64,000 nucleotides of DNA from an uncultured Verrucomicrobia subdivision 3 bacterium (GTDB taxonomy: Bacteria; Verrucomicrobiota; Verrucomicrobiia; Limisphaerales; UBA11358), in assembly GCA_903842235.1 (NCBI GenBank), contig CAIMLG010000162.1, positions 3,115 through 67,114 of the forward strand, written 5' to 3'. The notes under the pieces are model-generated. The model was not told the DNA's origin, searched no databases, and saw nothing but the letters and a program-made list of their open reading frames with translations. The position numbers and the translations under genes are program-made. Every line of letters starts with the position of its first letter. Position 1 is the first letter of the stretch. Positions 38,080-46,857 of this stretch are shown here, piece after piece.

Positions 38080-40650
38080 TTATAGGTCGCGGGCTATCCG
38101 CAGGTGAATTCCACCGGGCGGAAACTGTTCCTCGGTCTCCGGATCGCGAATCTGGAGCTGCAACAAGTCGCCCGTTTTGAAAACGTGCTTGGAATCAAAA
38201 AATAGAGTCAGGGCCACCTCGACCCCGCCCGGCTCCAGTTTCACGGTCTTCCGTTTGCCACTGAGCACGGAACTCCCGTCGCCGGCTCGCAACACTTCCA
38301 GTTGCAATTCGCGCGGCTGGTCGGCAAACAGCGCCAGTTCGCCCGCCGGCGCGGCCCCTCCCGTTTTGGGGCGCAACACCAACTTGACCGCCGCTTGCGT
38401 CAGTTCGTAGCTCGGCAATAACACCTCCACGCCAATCTTGCGCACCTGGATCCGTCCGCGCGATACCAGTCGGGGAATAATCATTTCCTGCAGCGTCCCG
38501 CCGCCGTGGCTAAAGGCTTTTTCGGTCTTGAAAAAGGCCGTGCCGGGTGGGATCGCCACCCGCACCGAGGCATCCCATAAAAACGGTTTGGTCTTGAGCG
38601 GCACGTCTGCTGCCGCCGGCACCAGGGCAAAGCGCTCTTTGAACGCCGCGCACCACTCTTTTTTGATCGGCACTTCCGGCGGCAATTGCGCGGCATCCAC
38701 CAGCACAAACCCATGGTCGGTCACGACATTCACTTCGGCATAGCCCCACTGATGCAGTCGCTTTACCACGCGGACAATCCGGTCCAGTTCCTTGTCCAGA
38801 TGGCGGACCAATGCCTCGGCATTCGCATGCCCCAGCTTGTCCACTTCCTCATGCCCGAACACCACCAGCAGGTTGGGAATTTTATCCGGGGCCGCCGCCG
38901 CTGCTTCCACTTCGTCAATGTCCAGGCACGTCGCGCCAAAATCCTTCAATAAATCCAGCCGGTTCTGCCGGACACTCGTATCCACGCCATTCACCTGCGG
39001 ATGCAAAACATTTTTCTCGATGATCAGGCTCGTCGGGGTGAGGGCTTTGGGCAGGAGTGCGCTCATGCCGATCGGGGTGACCGTCGGCAGCATGGCTCGC
39101 ATCGGTTCCACCCGCACCTCTTGACCGGGCAGTCGGTCTACGAGAGCCAGGGCGCAATCATACCGCAGTGCATCCACGATAATCACGGCTCGCCGTCCGC
39201 CCGCCGACCACACCTTCGCCTCCAGTTGATCCGTCACCAGCGGAAAACCCGCGAGCTCCAGATTGTCGTTGGCGGTGTAGGCGTCAAAAAAACGCTGGTT
39301 CAAATCATTGGCGTAATCGCCATAGCCGCGATCCACTACGGTCACCACCTCGGGCACGTCATGTTCTTCCGCCGTGGCCTTGAGTTGGGCGTGGGCTCGG
39401 TCAATCGTTCCCGCAAACTCGCAATACACCTTCGCCAGCTCGCTCGCCGACGGCGCGTTTTCCACCGCTTTCCGGCCTTGCTCGCACGTGTCCACAAAAC
39501 CCGCCACTCCCAGCAACATTTCCCAATGGCCGGTCGGTGCCTGGCTGGCCCGTCCGAAATCCACTTCCTCGCGCAGCGCCGACTCTTCGATTTTTACCAA
39601 CTTCCGGAGGTCCGACCACTTTTCCGCCGCCGCGGCAAAGCGCTCGCGGAAACGGCTCCAGCGCAGCCGGGCCAGATGCGGAAACCCGAACGACAGCCCC
39701 GTCCGTCCGCGCGCCCAATCGGTCAGGTTGAGATGTTGCTCCACCGATTTTATCCAGCGATCCCACGCGGGCCGGCTGTTGGCGTCCCGCAGCCAGCGGC
39801 GCAGCAGTTGCACCTGGCCTTCGCGGAAGCGCGGCGGCGGCAGCCGGTTCAAAAATGGAAAATCCGCCGGCTCGCCATAGCCGTTATATGTTTCCGTCAG
39901 CGCCAGCACCTCGACCAGCGCGGTGACCCATAACTCCGGGCTGTCGGTTTCGCTGGCAAAATCGTAGCGATCTTTGACGGCGGCCAAAAATTCTTCCCGC
40001 ACGCCGCGTTCGCCGAGCGCCTTCCACGTCGCCTCCGGCTGCACCGCCAGATCCAAAATCATCTGGTCCACGTCGCCCACCAGCCGCGATTGCGCCAGCT
40101 CCGGCGTCAGTCGCTGCTCCCAAAACACCGGCGGCTTGTCGTGAAACTTACCCGCATATTTGGCCAGCAAACTATCGCTACCACCGTCCACGAGCTGCCG
40201 TTGGTCGCCCGGCGTTTCTGGCAGGCACACCCCGGCCGTCTTCAAAAAGTTGAACAGCGTCGCCAGCTTGCCGCCCACCAGCCAGCGCACGCCGGCAATT
40301 TTATATTCCGTCAGCAGTTCCAGATAATGGCGGCCTGCGTCATCGGGCGAATCCAGCCGTTCCACGGCCAACGGCAGGTAGATCAAAAAGCGAACCTCCT
40401 TCGCTTTCTCCGCCGGTAATCCTTTCAAGGCCTGGCGCACTTGTCGGCGCAACCAGAGTTGACCACGCTTCAGCTTCGGCTCATAAGCCAGCAATTGAAA
40501 CGGCGGCTTCTTCATCTGTTCCAGATGCTTCGCCAGCGCCGGGCGCAACCGTTCAAACTCACCCTTTGGATCAAACCACAGGCAAACCTTCGCCCGCTTC
40601 TCGTGCGAGAATCGTTGCTGGATTTGCTGGATGAGCGCCGGCAGTATCAT
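38080..40650 (-). CDS. pglZ: BREX alkaline-phosphatase-fold protein PglZ
   Basis: The start is set at ATG 40650 (MILPALIQQIQQRFSHEKRAKVCLWFDPKGEFERL, a typical PglZ N-terminus). That ATG overlaps the upstream gene's stop as ATGA. PglZ domain blocks are AVIIVDALRYDCALAL, VVFGHEEVDKLGH and VVTDHGFVL. Confidence 0.9.
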   Translation of the reverse strand: MILPALIQQIQQRFSHEKRAKVCLWFDPKGEFERLRPALAKHLEQMKKPPFQLLAYEPKLKRGQLWLRRQVRQALKGLPAEKAKEVRFLIYLPLAVERLDSPDDAGRHYLELLTEYKIAGVRWLVGGKLATLFNFLKTAGVCLPETPGDQRQLVDGGSDSLLAKYAGKFHDKPPVFWEQRLTPELAQSRLVGDVDQMILDLAVQPEATWKALGERGVREEFLAAVKDRYDFASETDSPELWVTALVEVLALTETYNGYGEPADFPFLNRLPPPRFREGQVQLLRRWLRDANSRPAWDRWIKSVEQHLNLTDWARGRTGLSFGFPHLARLRWSRFRERFAAAAEKWSDLRKLVKIEESALREEVDFGRASQAPTGHWEMLLGVAGFVDTCEQGRKAVENAPSASELAKVYCEFAGTIDRAHAQLKATAEEHDVPEVVTVVDRGYGDYANDLNQRFFDAYTANDNLELAGFPLVTDQLEAKVWSAGGRRAVIIVDALRYDCALALVDRLPGQEVRVEPMRAMLPTVTPIGMSALLPKALTPTSLIIEKNVLHPQVNGVDTSVRQNRLDLLKDFGATCLDIDEVEAAAAAPDKIPNLLVVFGHEEVDKLGHANAEALVRHLDKELDRIVRVVKRLHQWGYAEVNVVTDHGFVLVDAAQLPPEVPIKKEWCAAFKERFALVPAAADVPLKTKPFLWDASVRVAIPPGTAFFKTEKAFSHGGGTLQEMIIPRLVSRGRIQVRKIGVEVLLPSYELTQAAVKLVLRPKTGGAAPAGELALFADQPRELQLEVLRAGDGSSVLSGKRKTVKLEPGGVEVALTLFFDSKHVFKTGDLLQLQIRDPETEEQFPPGGIHLRIARDL

Positions 40651-41093
40651 GGCGTGTTTTTCGGTTCGCTGGTCCCGGACGTTGGCAGCGGGGCCAAAGA
40701 CCCGCTGATGCCTCGCCACACGATCTCGCTCCGCAGGCTGTTGATCAATTGGGCGCGCAAGCTGGGGACCTTTGATTTCTTCTGCATCGGTATTCCTAGC
40801 ACTTTTCCAATCTCCAAAATGACTTGGCTGCCGAGGAAACCCACTTCCTTTTCCAGCGCGCTTTCGTTCGTCGCCAACGACTTGAGCCGTTCCAGATAGG
40901 CGCCATCCACGGCAATCACCGGTTTGGGAATTTTCGGCACTTTCGGCCAGGGACTCGTAAGGCTGACCCGCACGCGCGCGCCGCGTTGCGTCATCCGTTC
41001 CAACTCGGCGGGTGAATAAAGTTTCTCCAACCAACTGCGAACACTCTCGGGTGCCGGTTCTCCGGCTTTCAAAATAAATTCTTTAGTTGCCAT
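40647..41093 (-). CDS. hypothetical 148-aa protein coupled to the ParA-like ATPase and pglZ
   Basis: Its ATG lies inside the last codons of the ParA-like gene (11-nt overlap). Its stop overlaps the pglZ ATG (ATGA). No motif was recognised. Confidence 0.55.
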   Translation of the reverse strand: MATKEFILKAGEPAPESVRSWLEKLYSPAELERMTQRGARVRVSLTSPWPKVPKIPKPVIAVDGAYLERLKSLATNESALEKEVGFLGSQVILEIGKVLGIPMQKKSKVPSLRAQLINSLRSEIVWRGISGSLAPLPTSGTSEPKNTP

Positions 41094-42072
41094 TGTAGCG
41101 GGTGATTCGGTCGATAACGACGTTGCGGATGGCGGTCATGCACGCATCCACGGTGGGTTGACCGGATTTTTTAACATTGAACTCAGTGATGGCGCTCTTG
41201 TCTTCGCCCAGAAACCGCGCGATGACATCCAGCCGGGGGATTTCGCCCACGAGCGCCTTGTCCCCGAGCACGGCTCGTTCGTCGGCTTGCAGGGTGCTCA
41301 TCACCCCCTTGATGAGATCAAAATGAGCGCGTTGTTGGCTCCCCACCATTCCTCCGCCGGCGCGGTTGAGTGCATTGAGCACATAGCCCAGCAGCTTGGG
41401 CCGGTCCGACGGCGGATCAATCTGGCAGACCCAGCGGATCAGTCGCGGCATTCCATAAATCGAAATCTGGTCGGGAATTGTCACCGGCAGATAGAACGAG
41501 CACGCCCGCAGCATTGCCTGTGTGAGAAACATCTTGTTCGGCGGGCAGTCCACCAGCACATATTCATATTCTTCCTCAAACGACAGGAGGAGCTGTTTGA
41601 TGTAGAGAAACAATTCCGTCAGATACCGTTTCTCATCTTTCAACAGCGTCTTGGCGATTAGGTAATCCAGTTCGTCGGTGTTGAACGAGCCGGGAATGAT
41701 TTCCAGATTCTTGGGCAGGTGGATGGACTTGAGCGCCTGCGTGTAGTTCTCCAGTTTCTTCTGCTTCAACTTCGTCCAAGCCTTGGGCTCCACCAGGTTG
41801 TAAACAGTCAGTTCCGTGTTGCTGACCTTTTCCGGGTCAAAGCCCATCGCCAGCGAAAGACTGCATTGCGCGTCAATGTCGAACAGCAGCACCTTCTTCT
41901 TCGACAGCTTCGCCAGATAAATGCCCAGGAGCGCGGTCGTGGTCGTTTTGCCCACGCCGCCCTTGTAGTTGATGATGCAGATCGAGCGCGGATGCTTTGG
42001 ATGCACAATCTCCGTCGCACCCGACCGATCCAGTTTATCCGCCAATGTGTTCAATGCTGGTATTGCACTCAT
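41083..42072 (-). CDS. ParA/Soj/MinD-family P-loop ATPase
   Basis: Deviant Walker A INYKGGVGKTTTTA, Walker A'-like LLFDIDAQCS, Walker B YVLVDCPP. Confidence 0.8.
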   Translation of the reverse strand: MSAIPALNTLADKLDRSGATEIVHPKHPRSICIINYKGGVGKTTTTALLGIYLAKLSKKKVLLFDIDAQCSLSLAMGFDPEKVSNTELTVYNLVEPKAWTKLKQKKLENYTQALKSIHLPKNLEIIPGSFNTDELDYLIAKTLLKDEKRYLTELFLYIKQLLLSFEEEYEYVLVDCPPNKMFLTQAMLRACSFYLPVTIPDQISIYGMPRLIRWVCQIDPPSDRPKLLGYVLNALNRAGGGMVGSQQRAHFDLIKGVMSTLQADERAVLGDKALVGEIPRLDVIARFLGEDKSAITEFNVKKSGQPTVDACMTAIRNVVIDRITRYNGN

Positions 42073-42094
42073 ATTTTTAGCCCAATCGTCGTTT

Positions 42095-42919
42095 CTAAAG
42101 AATTAGATTGTTAAGCCAGTCAGCCACCGTTTTCACCTTTCCCGCAGCTAAATTACCTGGCTCGATCCACCGGTTATCATTTACCGACATTTGTGAAGTC
42201 CTGCCCGGTTTTAGGATTGCGGCTGCAGAGGCGATCGTTGCTTTCTTCTTTCCGGACACGGATTTAAATTCATCATGATCTTCATTTGTCCAAGTGGCGG
42301 TCGGGGGTATTAGGTTTTTTGCAGCCGCATCAACATGTGCTATCGCCAGCCCCAAAAGTTTCGGGTAAGAAGTGTGGCCGCACTCCAGCAATAGGTCTTC
42401 CAAAGTCCCTTGGCTCGCATTATCTGGAAAAACAAAAACTCCGCGTCGATTTTTGGCCGGCCCAACAGGTTGCACGACTACACCCGGCGCGTTCGGGAAT
42501 GCCCCCAATAAGTGTGGTGCGTCTTTGGCTAATGTCGCCGCTAAGTCCGTGGCGCGTTTGGCTGGCGTCTCGTTGGAATCAGAGTCAAGAATGAGCCCAA
42601 TGGCATCGGGTTCTCCAACGCCCGGCATCGCCAGCGTCTCTTCCAGGCGGGCAACGATTTTTGAGATACCGCCGGCGCTTTGGACCGCAACAGTGTGTGT
42701 GTCGTTCTGGTAGAAGATCGGCATCGAGATGCGCCCCAGAAAATCATTGGGGGGCTTGCCAACTGGATAGCTATTTGGAATTAAGGGGTGCCAAAACGAA
42801 TCCACTTTGCTTTTCGCATTCTGGTAGTGAAAAGCATGTGGCCCCTGGCGCAGGATTCGCCCGATAAACTCCACGTCATGCGGCCCTTCAACGACAATAT
42901 AGGTGGTGCGGCGTGCCAT
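42095..42919 (-). CDS. Toprim-like (OLD/DUF4435/DUF3226-class) protein, AriB-like partner of the adjacent ATPase
   Basis: N-terminal YIVVEGPHDVEFIGRIL (VEGxxD) and AIGLILDSDS (DxD). It lies 3 nt downstream of an ABC-type ATPase gene. Confidence 0.55.
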   Translation of the reverse strand: MARRTTYIVVEGPHDVEFIGRILRQGPHAFHYQNAKSKVDSFWHPLIPNSYPVGKPPNDFLGRISMPIFYQNDTHTVAVQSAGGISKIVARLEETLAMPGVGEPDAIGLILDSDSNETPAKRATDLAATLAKDAPHLLGAFPNAPGVVVQPVGPAKNRRGVFVFPDNASQGTLEDLLLECGHTSYPKLLGLAIAHVDAAAKNLIPPTATWTNEDHDEFKSVSGKKKATIASAAAILKPGRTSQMSVNDNRWIEPGNLAAGKVKTVADWLNNLIL

Positions 42920-42922
42920 AGA

Positions 42923-44041
42923 TTAGCGGATGTCGAGACCTCGTTCGAAGCGAAGCCGTTCCCAGAGGTCGCCACTGTAGCGCTGCACTTTTCGGGTGCC
43001 CTTATTCACGGATAAATGGTAGCCAACAAAATCGTTATTATGCTCAGGCATTGCTTTGAGCACCGCATCTACCGTATCCAGGCTGTGCGTCGTCGCCACG
43101 ATTTGCACGTTCAGATCCGTGCATAGATGCATCAGGGCACGAAAGAAGTCTTCTTGGGCTTTTACATGCAGCGCGGTTTCCGCCTCATCTATGATCAGCA
43201 CACCACCCTCCGCTCGCAGCGCATGTTCGATGACAAAAAAAGCTTTTCTGACGCCATCACCGTAGCTATGCAGCGGCATCGACCCTAGCACGCGGTGCAC
43301 GACGACAATGATGGAGCCACTTCGTCCTTCGGCGATTTCCACCCCGGTGATATCCGGATCGAAATTTTGCAGCACTTCGATTAGTAGCTTCTTGCGCTTC
43401 TGTAAGACGGCGTCCGTCAGAGAACCAAGCGAATAAGCGCTTAGCCGGTGCGCGTGAGGTTTTACAAATTCAACCGGATAATTACGAATGTGTTGAATGT
43501 CGTCGTTCATCACTGGCGGTTCAAAACTGTCGCTGAAGTCTGGGAACAGCATTGTTCCAGACTTATTTCCTTCAGCCTGAGAAGTCCATTCGGCTAGCAG
43601 CACCACGTTTTTTCGTCCCTTAAAATCCACATGCGCGTCGGCACCCTCTTCTTCCTCCAACTGGGTCATACGCGGCTCCGGTATGGTCATCGCCGCTTCA
43701 CGGAGGTAATGGAGGCGCAGAACTTCATTGGTTCCGCTTGTGACGCCCTCTAGAATGACATCTTGGCGGAGACTTGGAGTTATCCGTCCCACCACTGGAA
43801 ATAACCAGCTTACCGCCTCACCGAGTTTGCTATCCGCCCTATCAATGTCTCGGACATTTAAAACTTTAAGCCATTGCTCCACGTCGCCGGGGCGAAGGAA
43901 CAACATGATCGCCTCCAGAACCGAGGTCTTGCCCGAGTTGTTTTCACCCACGAGCAGGTTAAATCGCCCCATGTTTTCCAAGTTGGCATCTTTTAATCCG
44001 CGAAAACTTCGGATGTGTAAGGATTCAATCAGTGGTTTCAT
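42923..44041 (-). CDS. ABC-type AAA_15/AAA_21-like ATPase (AriA/OLD-ATPase-like)
   Basis: IESLHIRSFRGLKDANLENMGRFNLLVGENNSGKTSVLEAI (Walker A), VLIIDEAETALH (Walker B), IVATTHSLD (H-loop). Confidence 0.8.
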   Translation of the reverse strand: MKPLIESLHIRSFRGLKDANLENMGRFNLLVGENNSGKTSVLEAIMLFLRPGDVEQWLKVLNVRDIDRADSKLGEAVSWLFPVVGRITPSLRQDVILEGVTSGTNEVLRLHYLREAAMTIPEPRMTQLEEEEGADAHVDFKGRKNVVLLAEWTSQAEGNKSGTMLFPDFSDSFEPPVMNDDIQHIRNYPVEFVKPHAHRLSAYSLGSLTDAVLQKRKKLLIEVLQNFDPDITGVEIAEGRSGSIIVVVHRVLGSMPLHSYGDGVRKAFFVIEHALRAEGGVLIIDEAETALHVKAQEDFFRALMHLCTDLNVQIVATTHSLDTVDAVLKAMPEHNNDFVGYHLSVNKGTRKVQRYSGDLWERLRFERGLDIR

Positions 44042-45972
44042 TCATCCTCCAGATCTTTGGCGCCAAATTTGTTTTTAATCCGCAGCAGCCCCGTCCGCGT
44101 CAGCGGCGCAATGTTTACCTTCACGCCGTCATCAATGTCCGGCTGCCAACCCTTCGGCCGGTCCTGCGGTTTTTTCCACGGCGTCAGGATGCGGTAATCG
44201 GCATCGCCACTCTCTGGGCCGGTGTGATGTCCCTCCTGTAGCTTGGCTAACTTTTTATCGAAAGCTTCCACCTCTTCCAATGCGGCCAGTAATTGCAAGC
44301 GGTCATCCTCGCGGTTGTCCTTGCCGGCTTGCGCGGCCTCGCGGCGTAGCGTCGTCATCCGGTCCCGCACATGCACGCTGCGCAATTTTGCCAGCAGATC
44401 ATGATCAAACCGATGGTATTGCACGATGACCGAGAACGCGGGGTCGGCGGAATCCTGGCTGCTCGCGAGATGCCAGAGGATCGGTCGCTGCTGATACAGG
44501 TCACAGTGAAAGTCAAAGAATCGATCCGTCAGCCATTCCTGCAGGGACTCCGCTCGGGCATAACCCTTCACGCGCTTTTTGAGTTCGTTGACGATTTCGA
44601 TCTCCAGCGTGTGCGGGTCTTGCTCGGGAAAAAAGCTGGCCAGCTTCGCACGCACTCGTTCGAGCAAGGGCAACTCCTGCGCTACGGATTGGAGCGAAAC
44701 TAAGCCGTCGTTATCTTCCTCCACCACACATTTGACCGCGTAAGAGAGTAGCCGGCACACATGTTCCAGTCGCTTCTGCTCTGCGCTTTGGCCTTCCATC
44801 TGCGGCCAAACACATTCAAGCGGCCAACCCCTCAAATGCGTCAAGATTGACTCGCGCTGAGATTGCGATAATCCAAATAGCCCGGCTACCGCTAAATCGA
44901 TCTGTTCAAATAGAACCTTTAGCTGAAGTGTAAATCGGTCCTCGCACTCGATTAAGCGCCCAAGCCTTATTTGAAGGGGACCAGCATCAGTATAACGAGC
45001 GGCTAGCAACCACGGCTTTTGAAAATTAGTCGATACTTCATTTCCGGAATTCCAACCACTTTTGATTTCGTATGCTTGCTTGGCAAAGTCTGAGATGGCG
45101 TTGCGAGCCTTCGCCACAGCTGGCGGAATAGGAAATTGTCCAACGTAGTTCGACCCGTAATTCCGGCCACTTAGCGCACGCGCTGTGTATGCTATAGCAG
45201 AGGAGTTTAGAACCCCTAGCAGGAAGAAGCGGTCATTTTCATGAACTGGAAAGGCAGCTGGTCCAGCAACATTGAAAATTGCACCTTCTTCCAAGATTCG
45301 AACGCTAAATCCCAAACTGCTTTTTTCAGTCCAAGTTAGACCAGGACGGAAGTAAAATTCTGGTGATTTGATGAAACGGCTCTCGCTTCCATACCTTTCC
45401 TTAACGAGGGCTTTGAGCTCAGCGCCATCAGCCGTCCAATCAAGCACAAGTTCAAGATCGGAGTAAAAGCGGCTGAAGTCTCCGCCTTTGCAATATTTAA
45501 CCCACCTACGTCTAGTTGAAATCGATGGCTCCCAAAAACACCTTACAAACCTAGACGACTCAGTCGAATTCATCCCACCTCTTACATGTGCGTAGTTAGG
45601 ATCGATCGACACGCCGACCTTAAACAGCGTGCCCAATATTTGCATTTCAGCGTAAGCTAGTGTAGACGCATCAAGGAGGCTGAAGTCTCGGATGGTTACA
45701 TCAAAACGTGTTCGGCTCGATTCACCTTTCAATATTTCAACAAAGACATGATGTCTATTATCTCCCGTATCAGTATGTCCGAACCGTTCCAAATCAAGAA
45801 ATGCCGCACGCTCACCTTCTGTAACCACATAGTAAGAATTCTCGGCCTGTGCTTCGGAGACTTCAATATCCTCCCGCGCCTGTGTAACGCGGGTGCTCTC
45901 GACAATTAGCCGTCGCCGGAGATCCGGCTTCGATAATAGCTTCTTGATATCGTAACGTTTGAGAGTGGCCAT
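44038..45972 (-). CDS. pglX: C-terminal (specificity/C-domain) portion of BREX methyltransferase PglX as a separate ORF
   Basis: RWVKYCKGGDFSRFYSDLELVLDWTADGAELK, FYFRPGLTWTEKSSLGFSVRIL, LLGVLNSS and GQFPIPP correspond to the region that follows the MTase domain in single-chain PglX. The 5' ~1 kb of the ORF is visibly AT-richer. Confidence 0.7.
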   Translation of the reverse strand: MATLKRYDIKKLLSKPDLRRRLIVESTRVTQAREDIEVSEAQAENSYYVVTEGERAAFLDLERFGHTDTGDNRHHVFVEILKGESSRTRFDVTIRDFSLLDASTLAYAEMQILGTLFKVGVSIDPNYAHVRGGMNSTESSRFVRCFWEPSISTRRRWVKYCKGGDFSRFYSDLELVLDWTADGAELKALVKERYGSESRFIKSPEFYFRPGLTWTEKSSLGFSVRILEEGAIFNVAGPAAFPVHENDRFFLLGVLNSSAIAYTARALSGRNYGSNYVGQFPIPPAVAKARNAISDFAKQAYEIKSGWNSGNEVSTNFQKPWLLAARYTDAGPLQIRLGRLIECEDRFTLQLKVLFEQIDLAVAGLFGLSQSQRESILTHLRGWPLECVWPQMEGQSAEQKRLEHVCRLLSYAVKCVVEEDNDGLVSLQSVAQELPLLERVRAKLASFFPEQDPHTLEIEIVNELKKRVKGYARAESLQEWLTDRFFDFHCDLYQQRPILWHLASSQDSADPAFSVIVQYHRFDHDLLAKLRSVHVRDRMTTLRREAAQAGKDNREDDRLQLLAALEEVEAFDKKLAKLQEGHHTGPESGDADYRILTPWKKPQDRPKGWQPDIDDGVKVNIAPLTRTGLLRIKNKFGAKDLEDE

Positions 45973-45975
45973 GGT

Positions 45976-46857
45976 TTACTTCTCCTCCGCCAACCGCGCT
46001 TCAAAGTTTTTCTGCGCCTCGCCTTCCCATTCAATAACCAAGTCGCCTAATGGCTGATGATTCCCCATCTCGCGAGCTTGTTCACAGGCGGCATAATAGC
46101 GGTCGCGGTCGCGCGTGCGGTTATAGGTGTCCAGCGGCACTAATCCGTTCTGCAATAAAATGAGATCGCTCAGCACAAACGCGCTCCGTCCATTGCCTTC
46201 GCGGAAAGGATGGATCGCCAGATATTCGCCCATGAACTTGGCGGCGAACCGGCAGACCGCCTCCGCATCGTCATTGATGAAGGGGGTTAGGGACAACACA
46301 TCTCGCTCGAACTCTTTAAAAACTGGTTCCCAGCCATAAACCGGCATAGGCCATTTCGTCGGCCCATCGCCCTTGTGCAAGTTCACGGTTCGCCATTCCC
46401 CCGCCCACGGGTAGATTTCCGCAAACATCTCGCGGTGAACTTGGCGGATGAGGTCCAAGGTGATGGGCACGGGTTCTTCCCGCGTGGCCAGGTCCGCTAT
46501 AAACTCCTTCGCACGATTCACCCCATTGGTTTCGCGGGACTTGATTTCCTCCGGGCTTAAGCACCCGGCCCAATTCAAACACAATTCGTGGTTCATGGCG
46601 GTGATGACCTGGAAATCCTTATCGGCGTAATTATTCCATGGGTTGACCACCACTGTCGGTGCCGTGGGCGCTTTGGCCTGTTTGGCCAGTTCTTCCAGTT
46701 GTGCCTTCGTCAACTTCCGTTGTGACGCCGGCACATGATAAAACTCTCCCGCTAGGATGGCCTGGTAGTAGTCCGCCGCTTGCTTGCCTTTGCCTTGCTG
46801 GAAACGGAATCCAAAATCCCGTTCGGCCCAGCGCCAGGCGATGCGTTTGGTGTTCAT
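45976..46857 (-). CDS. Fic/DOC family protein
   Basis: Fic core motif IHPFREGNGRSAFVL. The ORF is intact at 293 aa and embedded between the two pglX ORFs. Confidence 0.85.
   Translation of the reverse strand: MNTKRIAWRWAERDFGFRFQQGKGKQAADYYQAILAGEFYHVPASQRKLTKAQLEELAKQAKAPTAPTVVVNPWNNYADKDFQVITAMNHELCLNWAGCLSPEEIKSRETNGVNRAKEFIADLATREEPVPITLDLIRQVHREMFAEIYPWAGEWRTVNLHKGDGPTKWPMPVYGWEPVFKEFERDVLSLTPFINDDAEAVCRFAAKFMGEYLAIHPFREGNGRSAFVLSDLILLQNGLVPLDTYNRTRDRDRYYAACEQAREMGNHQPLGDLVIEWEGEAQKNFEARLAEEK

Noticed and set aside
40651-41034. 128-codon N-terminal extension of the pglZ ORF (listed as 38080..41034).
   Set aside because: The extension overlaps the 148-aa ORF in another frame and is Arg/Gly-rich. 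The internal ATG at 40650 gives a typical PglZ N-terminus and forms an ATGA overlap with the upstream stop.
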